From Botryllus schlosseri (taxonomy: Eukaryota): 64,000 nt of DNA. Made by a program: the position numbers and the translations under genes. Shown piece by piece: positions 52,031 through 63,222 of this stretch; the first letter of the stretch is position 1; each line of letters starts with the position of its first letter. The stretch spans positions 36,024,001 to 36,088,000 of the forward strand of contig CM119372.1 of NCBI GenBank assembly GCA_051294905.1, in the 5' to 3' direction. Below the pieces are notes generated by a model. It was not told the DNA's origin and did no database searches. It worked only from the letters and a program-made list of their open reading frames with translations.

Positions 52031-52047
52031 GGTCCTCATCGCCTGCT
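52006..52047 (+). promoter_or_regulatory. -1 programmed ribosomal frameshift signal
   Basis: A AAA AAC in the gag frame (52006-52012), a 7-nt spacer, then hairpin AGCAGGC-ATGAG-gtc-CTCAT-c-GCCTGCT (52020-52047). pol is in the -1 frame and open from the heptamer. Confidence 0.85.
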
Positions 52048-55000
52048 ACTACAATTATGGATGACGACGTTAAAATGGACCTGTTCTCGAGACCATGGAT
52101 TTCAGCTATCCAATGGGAAGATAGCTGGTATGCTGAAATTAATGTAAATAATCAATTGATCTGGTTTATGGTGGATAGTGGCGCTGGTACGACATTACTG
52201 GATAAATCACTTCTAGAATCGATTGGTAGTGTCCTGAATCCCTGTATGCGTTCGTTCGATGCGGTGGGAGGATACCCACTGGACATCTCTGGTACCGTCG
52301 AGGTGGAGCTCAGCGTTGGCTTGGTGGCGGCTCGACAGACGGTGGTTGTAGCGGATTTGGGTGTGCCAATCGGACTTCTTGGGATGGATTTTTTGAAGAG
52401 TCACGAGTGTGTGATGCATCTCTCATCCGGAATACTAGACGTTGCAGGAGAACAAGTGAAACTCACCAGGCATGACAGGGTACCGTTTTGCCAGGTCACC
52501 GTTCATGAGGATGTTGAAATTCCACCGCTATCCAAGAAAATAATACCCGGTAAACTGCAACTACGTTTGTCTACTTGCAGCACGGTGGCTACAGTCGTGG
52601 AACCCTTGCCAACTAAGGATTCTTCGGAAAAGAGAATTGAAGTAATCCCTGGGATTGTCGATCCGGACCAACCACAAGTCCCTGTATTGGCTCTGAACAC
52701 TTCAACGGAAAAGGTCACTTTGAAGTCAGGATCACTGTTGGGTAAGGCACACCAGTACACCATGTCTGATTTTTCGGAAGCGACGAACGAGGACTCAAGG
52801 GATCAGCGACCGTGGATGTACAAAGAGGACTTGCCTGCACATCTGCGCAGCCTGGTAGCAGATGCCGATGATCTTACTACTGAGCAGGAGAAATGTTTGA
52901 TCTCATTATTATACGAGTATCGAGACATTTTTGTTGGGCCTGATGGGGCCTTGGGGCGAACGTCTGCTGCCAAGCACCGCATCATTACAACCTCTGATCA
53001 ACCGATACGTGTTCCTCCTAGGAGATTAGGTTGGACCAGGCGACAAGTTGCGGAAAAAGCTGTTGATCAGATGTTGGAACAGGGTGTCATAGAACCTAGC
53101 GACAGTCCATACTCCTCACCTATTGTGCTGATACCAAAGAAATCAGGTGACACTCGTTTTTGCATTGACTTTCGGCGTCTTAATGACATCACATACAAAG
53201 ACGCATACCCTTTGCCGCGTATTGAGGACATCATCGATTCCTTAGGCGGGGCAAAATGGTTCTCAACCTTGGATTTAGCCAGTGGCTACTGGCAAGTCGA
53301 AGTAGACCCCACGGACCGTGAAAAGACCGCGTTTAGCCTACCTGGGAAGGGTCACTTCCAATTTGTGGTCATGCCATTCGGATTGGCTAATGCACCTGCG
53401 ACATTTGAGAGAATGATGGAATCAGTGCTTGGAGATATCCTCTGGAAAAATTGTTACACCTATTTGGATGATGTAATGACTCATGGCACCGACTTCGATT
53501 CCGCTCTTGAGAATTTGAGACAGGTCTTGAATCGATTGAAAGAAGCTGGTCTTCGATTGAAACCATCAAAGTGCACCTTGTTTCGACGCAGCACTCGTTA
53601 CCTTGGTTTTGTGATTTCTGAAGACGGTGTGAAATGTGATACTGACAATGTCTCGGCAATAACCAATTGGGAAACTCCAAGTACAGTGACGGAGGTACGT
53701 AGTTTCCTTGGGACGGCCAATTACTATCGACGTTTCCTGCCGGACTTTGCAACTGTGGCATCCCCCTTATCACGCTTGACACGGAAGAATACTGTTTTTC
53801 ATTGGACTCCTGAGTGTGCGCAATCTTTCGAGCGATTAAAGCAAATGTTAACGACGGATCCAGTCTTGGCGTTCCCTACCTTAGACGGCGAGTTCATCCT
53901 AGATACGGATGCTAGTGGAACTGGGACCGGTGGTGTCCTTTCTCAGATTCAAGATGGAATTGAACGTGTCGTTGCATATACTAGTCGAACTTTGACAAAA
54001 GCAGAAAGATCGTACTGTGTCACCGAGCTTGAATTGTTGGCGGTGGTACATGCTGTTCGAAGCTTCCGCCATTACCTTTATGGGAGGCCATTTCTTATTC
54101 GTACCGACCATGGCGCGCTTACCTGGCTACTCAACTTCCGCGAACCAGAAGGCAAAGTTGCTAGATGGATCTCAATGCTGGGAACATATGACTTTCGCAT
54201 AGAACATCGTCCAGGAAGAAAACACGGCAATGCCGATGGACTCTCCCGACGGAAGTGCAAACGAGCTACCTGCCCCGATTGTGCAAACGCCCCGATATCT
54301 AGCATCCGCAAAGCCAGGGAGAATAAGCTGCCAGCCTGCAATTGGCCAATTGCGTACTCCGAAAATGAAATCAAGGATCTTCAACATCAGGATGCAACTC
54401 TCAAGTCAGTTATTGCTTGGCTGCAGGCTTCCACCACAAAACCGGATCCTGACCAGATAATGCACGAGTCGAGTGAAGTGAAACAATACCTCGGACAATG
54501 GAACCTGTTGAACCTGTCAGATGGGGTTTTGTATCGACATTGGGTTCCAGATTACACCACGGAGGAAAGTATCTGGCAACTATGTACCCCGGTTAACGTC
54601 CGTAAAAAGATATTTGAAGAACTGCATTGCCGTCGCACAGCGGGCCATCTCGGTACAAATAAGACCTTTAAGGCTATACGAAGCCGTTTTTACTGGCCTG
54701 GATTTAAAAGGCAAGTCACGGACTGGTGTCGCTTCTGCAAGACCTGCACATCTACCAAAATGCTTCATGGTAAGCCACAGGGCGATTTGAAACAGTTACT
54801 CTGTGGTGCCCCAATGGAACGCGTTGCTCTGGATTATATTGGACCGTTGCCAAAGACAGAGAATGGTAATGAGCATCTACTTGTTGTCTCCGATTACTTT
54901 ACCAAGTGGGTTGAATGCTTTCCAACGTCAGACCAGTGTGCAGATACTACAGCAGACATATTGGTTACACAATTTTTCTCTCGTTTTGGTGTACCCAGGC

Positions 55001-55800
55001 TGATTCACACTGATCAAGGCCGGAATTTCGAGTCCGATCTGTTCTCACAAATGTGTTCTCTATATGGCATTGTAAAAACACGTACAACACCTTATCATGC
55101 AAGATCGGATGGTCAGGTGGAAAGATTCAACAGGACAGTGCAGCAAATGCTTCGTGCCTATGTCAATGAGAATCGTTCGGACTGGGATGACCACGTCCCA
55201 TACTTGTGTATGGCGTACAGGTCGTCTGTGCATGACAGCACAGGGTATACACCAAACCGGCTCATGTTGGGACGTGAAATTGATCTACCGGTAGATGTCA
55301 TGTATGGGAAGCCTCCCAAGGACAAGACTCATGGCTGTTACACAGATTTTGTGCAATGGTTCGCTATCGCCACAGAGGACGCATTTCAACATGCACGGTC
55401 CAACCTTCATAATGCGGCCTTGCGGCAGAAACGAAATTATGATGTCAAAGTAAGACCTGTAAGATTCGACGTGGGCGACTTGGTTTGGTATTATTACCCG
55501 CCGAAAAATCTGAAACTGGGTTCGCCTTGGATTGGGCCATATCAAGTTTTGGACTGTATCCCGAATCATCTTTACAGAATAAGACAAAAAGTTGGTGGGA
55601 AGAGTCGGGTGGTACATGTCGACAACTTGCGACATTACTTCAGTGAGGGCGAGGAACCCCTCTCTGAACTTGATGGAGAATCTGGTCCCGGCGCCGAAAT
55701 TGAGAATGCAGACTCTGAGATGTCCGAAGCTTCCAACGACAATGCAGGAGTGGAATCTCGTCAGCGCCGTCGCCCCGCATACTTGGACGATTATGTTTAA
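52027..55800 (+). CDS. pol: Pol polyprotein (protease, RT, RNase H, integrase)
   Basis: VDSGA protease, YLDD RT, DTDAS RNase H, HHCC plus DDE integrase and a GPY motif, in Gypsy domain order. Confidence 0.97.
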   Translation: MRSSSPATTIMDDDVKMDLFSRPWISAIQWEDSWYAEINVNNQLIWFMVDSGAGTTLLDKSLLESIGSVLNPCMRSFDAVGGYPLDISGTVEVELSVGLVAARQTVVVADLGVPIGLLGMDFLKSHECVMHLSSGILDVAGEQVKLTRHDRVPFCQVTVHEDVEIPPLSKKIIPGKLQLRLSTCSTVATVVEPLPTKDSSEKRIEVIPGIVDPDQPQVPVLALNTSTEKVTLKSGSLLGKAHQYTMSDFSEATNEDSRDQRPWMYKEDLPAHLRSLVADADDLTTEQEKCLISLLYEYRDIFVGPDGALGRTSAAKHRIITTSDQPIRVPPRRLGWTRRQVAEKAVDQMLEQGVIEPSDSPYSSPIVLIPKKSGDTRFCIDFRRLNDITYKDAYPLPRIEDIIDSLGGAKWFSTLDLASGYWQVEVDPTDREKTAFSLPGKGHFQFVVMPFGLANAPATFERMMESVLGDILWKNCYTYLDDVMTHGTDFDSALENLRQVLNRLKEAGLRLKPSKCTLFRRSTRYLGFVISEDGVKCDTDNVSAITNWETPSTVTEVRSFLGTANYYRRFLPDFATVASPLSRLTRKNTVFHWTPECAQSFERLKQMLTTDPVLAFPTLDGEFILDTDASGTGTGGVLSQIQDGIERVVAYTSRTLTKAERSYCVTELELLAVVHAVRSFRHYLYGRPFLIRTDHGALTWLLNFREPEGKVARWISMLGTYDFRIEHRPGRKHGNADGLSRRKCKRATCPDCANAPISSIRKARENKLPACNWPIAYSENEIKDLQHQDATLKSVIAWLQASTTKPDPDQIMHESSEVKQYLGQWNLLNLSDGVLYRHWVPDYTTEESIWQLCTPVNVRKKIFEELHCRRTAGHLGTNKTFKAIRSRFYWPGFKRQVTDWCRFCKTCTSTKMLHGKPQGDLKQLLCGAPMERVALDYIGPLPKTENGNEHLLVVSDYFTKWVECFPTSDQCADTTADILVTQFFSRFGVPRLIHTDQGRNFESDLFSQMCSLYGIVKTRTTPYHARSDGQVERFNRTVQQMLRAYVNENRSDWDDHVPYLCMAYRSSVHDSTGYTPNRLMLGREIDLPVDVMYGKPPKDKTHGCYTDFVQWFAIATEDAFQHARSNLHNAALRQKRNYDVKVRPVRFDVGDLVWYYYPPKNLKLGSPWIGPYQVLDCIPNHLYRIRQKVGGKSRVVHVDNLRHYFSEGEEPLSELDGESGPGAEIENADSEMSEASNDNAGVESRQRRRPAYLDDYV

Positions 55801-55903
55801 TACCCTATGCTTTTGGCTCTAACTTGTGTTTTCTTTCTTGCAAATTGTGTTCGTTTGAACCCTATTGATTTCGATTCCCAGTTAGGGAATCTCCATCAAT
55901 AAT

Positions 55904-55915
55904 AGGAGGGGGTAG
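55904..55915 (+). promoter_or_regulatory. Polypurine tract
   Basis: AGGAGGGGGTAG immediately before the 3' LTR. Confidence 0.85.
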
Positions 55916-56130
55916 TGTGAAACCCTGTTTTTTTTTTATATTTTCCGGTTGGAAAATTGTGTGATTTTCCGCGCGCGTTTCTTTGTTTCGTTGATCGGTT
56001 GTTGGATTTTGGTGGCGGCTGAGTACTGACCAGTTGTTGTTTTAAATAAATATTAATAGGATTATTCGACTGGATTCTTCCGCTGTGTTAAGTGCAAATC
56101 AGCAGTGTGTAATCGAAAAGGGACGCTACA
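55916..56130 (+). repeat. 3' LTR
   Basis: Identical by eye to 50435-50649; followed by gttc. Confidence 0.97.
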
Positions 56131-59100
56131 GTTCTTAAGACACATGAACAACCATTCAGACAATAAAGGTCTTGAGGTGACGAAACAGTTTGTAGAGTCA
56201 AACCAACCATTCTTTAGTTTCGTAATGTGAGAATATCGAGTAAAGTTGATTACTTTTTGTAAATATCTTTCGTACTTTTGTAAGAGTTGTGGGGGGGTCT
56301 CATGAAAAAGTAACTAGTTGACAAAAACAAAATATTGAATGAAGGTTCGTCTGTTGTTTTCATAAGTCAAGAGAGTGGAAATTGTTGTTGTTGTTTTTGT
56401 TACACTGAATCGAAATAGTGTGAAAGCGTCACCAATCATTGCGTATGTTCGTAGCACGAGCGAATATTTTCGTGTGCCGTGAATATCTTTCATATACACT
56501 TAGTATGAAATGAGATGTGTGGAATAATAATTAGTGTCCAACAAAAGTAAAACTTGTTGTATTTGCTTGTGTACTTTTTATCATTGTTTGTTGTTGAAAG
56601 ACGGGTGAGTTTACATTTAAATATAGTAAGCAGGACAACTCAAGTAATAAATTTTGCTCGGTTGAAAATCGACTCGTTTGAAAATACCGGTCAATGGACT
56701 AACAGTATCAATATGAGTGGTATATTATTTTTCGCGAGATGAACCAATCTTCTAAGCATAACTTTTCAAAAATTCGTCATGTCATAGAGAAGTAGTCGGT
56801 TGTTATGAACTCGACACAAATGTACTTCGATTATCACGATGATGGAAATTACGACCAACACAGTATTTCGTAAGTGAATGTGTATCGTTTGGTATGTTCA
56901 GCAGTCACTAAATGACAAAAATAGCAAACTGATGCAACCCGGTAGTTAAACGATACAGTTACAAGTTGGATGTAATCTTGATTTACAGATGACAGCTTGA
57001 TGAGTATTGTGATGACATTTACTTTAGCGAATGACAACGGAAAAATTTTCGATTGCATTGTCGGCGTATGTGTTACACAAATAATTCTAGTACACCTAAC
57101 TATAGGATGCATTTGACAAACATCGTACAAATTGTTTCGTTGTGATGGTAACGACTTTCAGCGGTTTGGTTTCATGTCGGGAATTATTATTTGGGGGGTT
57201 CAAAAACAATCAATACTACAAATGAACAACAATGCAAAACACGTTAAGTGGATTACAGCGTAGCAAGTACTTCCTTGATATTACGATTGTTGTGTACCAG
57301 ACATTTCTAACTGAATTGAATGCATCTAGCAAACATATTCCAATTTACTTTTGTAATGATCAAAGTATGTGAAATGGTGCGAATGGATTAGGTATTAATC
57401 AAGCGGCTGTATATGTCAATTCACCTAGTGTGATATCTTGACACCGGATAATGTGCGAAAGTGTTTCAATTCTCACTGCTGATTACGATGATAAAGTATT
57501 GTACCGGTTATTGTTTAACAAAGGAAATTGTTGTTTCATCTTTAGTCTTGGTTAGTGGAGACAATTACATTTGTAAAATATTTTCTGATATCCGCGATAC
57601 GCAGGGTGATATGTACCAAGGTGGAATAATTTTCCATTCAAGAACATTTCAGACACGCATAGTTTTACAACTCAATATGTTAATAACAACGGTACTGAAA
57701 AGTTTGTTGCTGTCATAATAACCTTTACCACAACGCCGGGTCTAATTAACGCGAATAATTTAATAATCAAGTCATGATAGACCATTACAAAATCTCATAT
57801 GTTCAATCGATGTGACAATCCTTATGTTTACATCACGATAATTTTCGATATAACACCTGCGTTCGATTGTAAGAAACTACGATGGTCATACTTTCAAATG
57901 TCGTATACTCAAATATATTATGTTAATCTCAAGTCGCCGACACCGAGAAGTAATTATTTTTGTCTTACAAAATATACCGCAAAGTAATTTCTTGGTCTTG
58001 CGGCATAGTAACGACTTTTACAGTTGAACAAAAAAGACGAGTTGGTGGCATATGCCTAAAACCGAACTTGATATGTTTGTGGGTTGTAGTGATTACTTGC
58101 GTAGTCTTGTCTACTTTTCATATGGACACTTTTTGCTTTGGTTCGGTGAGTTACAAACGGATTGACTTGACAAGGTTTTTGTATTTTATTCTTTTGTTGA
58201 TGGCAAGATGTTACAATGTTGAGATGTCGTAGTGATTATATTTCTGAAACTCTGTTTGACAAACGTAAAGACAGGTCGCGAATAGAGTTGTAATGTTTCA
58301 TTACTTGTTTCGAATCAATGTGCGTATAATCTCTAAATATGACTGGGTTGAAAGCTGTTAGTCATGTTTGTCAATCTATTTCAATTCAGACTATGTCAAA
58401 GTCCAATTATTTCATTTTGGATTATCTGGATTTACCTTTAGTACATCTCGCGAGTGGATTCCGACGTCGTGCTATAACACTCTTAATAATACGGGTTCAA
58501 GGGTTTTCAATCAACAATGCCTGAATTTTTTGGTAATGCTAGAGTTGGCAAATGATTAGTTGCGTGTTTTTGTTAAGAGTTTAAATTCATGTTGATAGAG
58601 ATAATAACTGTATAATGCACATACTTGTGATTCTTGTAGAGTTATAGTTGGTATTGATTCTATAGGTGTGAAAACAGCGGCGCGAATGTGTGAATAATTC
58701 AATGTGCCTGAAAGTCGGCGTCAGTAATATTCAGGTTACGGTCGAATCGAAAGATTACGTTAAAAAGATTTCTCAAATTAATTAGAATTGTACTGAATTA
58801 ACACATTCAGATACGAATCAACTTGAGTTGTGTAGTAAGTTTCATTTCAAGTTGACAAATTGACACACTGATTGAATATTTTCATGATTTGTATCACGCA
58901 AAGTCAACGACTGTTCCGAAGTCTCAAAACATATAGCGATCACGTGCAAGTGTCAAATTGTTGGTTTTCGAATCACGGTCTGCGCTGGTACTGTTATTCA
59001 TTACTTATTACTTGATAGGAACAACCACCGATATATTACACTGTAGCGATTGGGATGTATGTAATGACAAGACGCGAGAAATGGCTATGTCTTTGGTGTT

Positions 59101-59679
59101 ATCTTGTGAGCGATCGTGGGATTTGTAACCTATTTCACACGTTTTGAAGTGTTGGTTTGTGAACGCGGTTATTGTTGCTATTCGAATCACCGTCTACGCC
59201 GGCTCCGTGGTAAACTAATTACCAAGCGACTGATTCCTAGATTTAGCAAACTATTTCACACCCTTTTTGGTGAAAGTACGACATGCCGCCCGCATTCTAT
59301 CAACGAAAGTACGAATCATCGCCGCGTCCATAAGAATAACGATATATCATTGTCGTACTCGCCGTAATTTGGAATATACACATTAACTAAGGATCAATCA
59401 CATGACTATTTACTTGATACATATTCAACACCGGGCGAGAGATGCCTATACCCGAAAGGGCGATTCACGGTCGCACCTATAAGACACAATAGCCGCATGC
59501 CACCACCGCCATAAGAATAACGTTATATCATTGTCATACTCACCGTAAACGTTGGGATTAACTCGAATCGGTCATATTTAATAATTTGTAATATACACAT
59601 TAACTAAGAATCAATCACGTGACTATTTACTATTCCTGCTACCTATTCAACACAGCGCGAGAGTTGACTATACCCGAAA

Positions 59680-59985
59680 GGGCGATTCACGGCCGCACCC
59701 ATAAGACACAATAGCCGCATGCCAGCTCCGCCATAAGACGCAATAACCACATGCCAACTCACCCGTAAGAAATAAGCACCGCATGCCAACTCACCCATAA
59801 GACATAGCCGCATGCCAACACGAATTTCCAAGCCGCGTGCGAGCGATCCCTATACTGAAAAGAGTTACCGTGCGAGAGGGGCCATAAGACGCAATAGCCG
59901 CATGCGAGCGGGCCCATAAGCCATAAGGAGCCGCATGCCAACACGAGTTTCCCAGCCGCATGCGAGCGGGCCCATAAGAACCCCA
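59680..59985. repeat. Right subterminal degenerate array (CCATAAGAC..ATAGCCGCATGC units)
   Basis: Many irregular copies of CCATAAG and CCGCATGC. Confidence 0.8.
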
Positions 59986-60196
59986 TGCAAAAAACGTTAG
60001 TTCGCGACCGATCACATATACTACTCACGTCAAGTTTTTGCTCTACGACATATGCCCAAAATATGCAAATTTCCACGAATTCAGCCATATTACTTTTCCA
60101 TGCCAATATAAATCCACACTTTTACCATATAATAAGTTATCTAGCCAAGGGTTCAATTGAATTTTTAAGAATAAAGGTAGTGGTATCGATCTAGGC

Positions 60197-61456
60197 CAGG
60201 GGTTCTCAAAGGGTGGGCCATGGCCCACTGGTGGGCCACAGAGCATTTTCAGGTGGGCCACAGAGCTATTTAGAAAATTTCAGAATTAATGTAGGTTTAG
60301 TTATATTGCTTATGTTATTCGCTAAAATTATATTCGTATTATCTAATTATACGTGGGCTACATAAAGCTTTTCATCCGACTCTGATTAGACGTATAGTCG
60401 CACGTGTATGAATTCAGCATATACAAATCGAAAACGTTAGGGAGAAACGGTGACTTTTTCTACTGGCTATGACAACCTACGACAAACAGTAACTAAAATA
60501 ATTTCAAGCGTATAATAACTGGAAGATAATGCTGAAGTAACCAAGTATTCCGGTAGTTTCATATGTCGTATGCCGTTCAAAGGGGTATGCAATGAACTCG
60601 CAATGAAGTGCAATTGATGTATAGATTTACTGTACTTCGGCAGGCCGTATCGTTGCAAGCTAAAAACAGCCACAATTGAAAATTATTTGCAACTTCTGGC
60701 GGAGGTAAACTGCACCACCGCAACGAATCTTAATGGATTGAGGATTTATCGGAGCGCATTAATCTTTGAAGTCGGTTTGAAATGTCCGGCCTGAAAATCA
60801 TTGTACATAATGAAAGAGTCACAGATTTTGATTGTATCATTGGATTGAATATTCTGACATCGCAACTCCAGTAGTTTCGGTACAAGACATACAAAGTAGC
60901 CTACATCATGCATATTGGAAAATCTTTCTCCACTTCTCTGTAGTACCCACTGAGCTATATACCATACCGTACCCCATTCACCAATGAATTGTTCGATGCC
61001 GGCACAGAATGATAATAATATTCCCCATAATAGTATCACTAAAGTCGGAATTACACAGTGCCGGGATCTGCTCATTGTGTTTCGCGACGCGAATGGAGCA
61101 GCGGTCGAAAATAATCTACTTAGGAGTTTTAGCTCTACCAGGGCCGTAACTGCCGCACCCACACCCACAATTGGGGGAGTTAGAAGGGGCCTAAGATTAT
61201 TTTGTTGGTCGTTTGTTGGAGGATATTTATTCAACGTAAAATTTTTTCGCGCTTCGCGTGATTTCATATCCCGGGAGATCGAGATTTAAATTTAATCAGT
61301 TAGAGAAAAATGCGCCTAATTTGGAGAAATAGGCATATCGGCGCTGTCCATGACCACGTATTAAATGGGATTATGACTCTAGTATATCAGGTGGGCCACA
61401 GCACATTTTTTAAACCGGAAAATGGGCCACGACCAAGAAAGGGCTGAGAACCCCTG
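60197..61456. mobile_element. Charlie/Buster-type hAT non-autonomous element nested in the Chapaev3 element
   Basis: Ends CAGGGGTTCTCA / TGAGAACCCCTG; perfect TSD atctaggc. Confidence 0.88.
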
Positions 61457-61464
61457 ATCTAGGC

Positions 61465-62470
61465 CGATGCTCTCTCCCATTTTTGGTAAGAGGATGCAAC
61501 CATCCGATGATATTTCACACACATATTTGATGCAAACTGCAGGATTTGGCAAGAAAAATAAACATTACATTTACTATCAGCTATAGGTCCAATGCCCCAT
61601 TCAGCTTATCGAGTGTAACTTTAAACTGCTATATGCTCGATAATTTGGATCAAGATGAAGATATTAGGGATAGCAGGCCTAATGATGTAGATTTTGAAAT
61701 TGAAGATGATTCAGAATGTAGAGTAGTCAATCAACACAAGTTATTGATCAAGGCTTGACATAGGCTTTGGGACTTGGCATAGAAATTTTCGGAACTTTTG
61801 ACATCCTTACGAAGTGAGAAAAGATTATTTGGCAAGGTAGAGAAGGTATCTCACTTTAGATCAGGAGAATCACCCTTTCCTTCGTCGGCCTACTTTGGAT
61901 AGCTTTTTGTATTGCTGTGATGCGGGTATTGGCATGATACTGTCACCATGGATTACTGGAGGAATTAGGAATCCCCATTTAGAACTCAAGTGAATGACAA
62001 ATGCCTATAGGTAGCTCAAAAAGGATCCTAAAGTGTGACATTCTCCAACATGGCAAAGTCTTGAGTGCAGTAACAATTGCACGCTCATTTAGTCTTCGTG
62101 AATAGTACAGAAACATTGAGAACAATACAGAAACATAGAATTATTGTTGCAATATCACGAGCACGATTGGATCGTATTTTTCAGCTTTGAAATATTGTGT
62201 TTTCTTTGTTTTTCAGACAATAAGGATGCACAGCACATGCTACCCTGATACACATGTGCCACTGCCATATGTTGATGTTGGACAGCAGACATTTAAAAAA
62301 AAACTAAAGTATCTTAATTATTTCCCTGAAAACCTTGACATAATCAGAGATGGCCAAGGAGAAAATGTCTCCCAACATCAGAATATGATGGGGATAAGAT
62401 ACCAGAGTAGATTGGAGCTTACATATGTTAGCTGACTATTGCTCGAGTATCAAACTAGACAACCTACAGA
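61465..62470 (+). pseudogene. Chapaev3 transposase pseudogene, internally deleted
   Basis: Broken frames SAIGPMPHS, GLLEELGI...GSSKRILKCDILQHG, LLQYHEHDWI and YLNYFPENL...DGQGE...RYQ...MLADYC. Confidence 0.8.
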
Positions 62471-62605
62471 ATTATGGGTTATTCGCGTGAATTTGGACCC
62501 TGGAACTCGCACTTTATTTGTCCTGTACAAGCAATATCAGTTTAATACAATGAACACAAAATATTAAAAATAGTGTTATTATTTGGATTTTGAGGCAATG
62601 TGGGG

Positions 62606-63222
62606 TAGGGCTGTTCAAAAATAACTTTTTTTCCCGGATTCCAGCCATTCACTGATTAAATTGTCAGGTTAGCCTAAAAAACGCTGCACACCAAATTTGG
62701 TTCAATTCTAACAAGTATAGGACTCCGCAGATCCAATTAAAATTTTTAATTTATTATAGAAAATTTAAAAAAAAAAAATTCAAATTTTTCTGCCAACCCC
62801 ATGAAATTGTTGAGCTGTCTTCAAAGACGTTGCAAAACAAATTTGAGTCAATTCCGACCAGTAGAAGCGGAGTTATGTGAGTTTTTCATTGAAAAATCGC
62901 GGATTATCCACCGATCAAGGATAATCAGAGGATTTTCTTCGAAAAACTCACATAACTCCGCTTCTACTGGTCGGAATTGACTCAAATTTGTTCTGCAACG
63001 TCTTTGAAGACAGCTCAACAATTTCATGGGGTGTGCAGAAAAATTTGAAATTTTTTTCTTTTAATTTTCCATAATAAATTAAAAATTTCAATTGGATCTG
63101 CGGAGTCCTATACTTGTTAGAATTGAACCAAATTTGGTGTGCAGCGTTTTTTAGGCTAACCTGACAATTTAGTCAGTAAATGGCAGGAATCCGCGAAAAA
63201 AAGTTATTTTTGAACAGCCCTA
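62606..63222. mobile_element. Foldback (almost fully palindromic) MITE with hATm-like ends
   Basis: Ends TAGGGCTGTTCAAAAATAAC / GTTATTTTTGAACAGCCCTA; arms of about 290 bp; perfect TSD atgtgggg. Confidence 0.92.

Larger units (their letters stand above)
50435..56130 (+). mobile_element. Intact Ty3/Gypsy LTR retrotransposon
   Basis: 215-bp TG...CA LTRs, identical by eye; 4-bp TSD gttc; primer-binding site, polypurine tract, gag and PR-RT-RH-IN pol. Confidence 0.98.
40812..60025. mobile_element. Non-autonomous Polinton/Maverick-like element; giant imperfect palindrome
   Basis: Ends AGTAGTATA..GATCGGTCGCGAACTAACG / CGTTAGTTCGCGACCGATC..TATACTACT; perfect 6-bp TSD cacgtc (40806-40811, 60026-60031). 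40812-47175 is mirrored by 48098-60025. No pPolB, integrase or capsid ORFs were seen. Confidence 0.85.

Noticed and set aside
40812..60025. Palindrome as an assembly or amplification artefact
   Set aside because: The arms differ by many substitutions and indels, only one holds the Gypsy, and the unit is flanked by a TSD inside a reconstructable host element. Long-read confirmation is still advisable.
60746..61267. 173-aa minus-strand ORF with a hydrophobic stretch
   Set aside because: It lies inside a TSD-flanked non-autonomous hAT element, has no motifs, and is likely a chance ORF.
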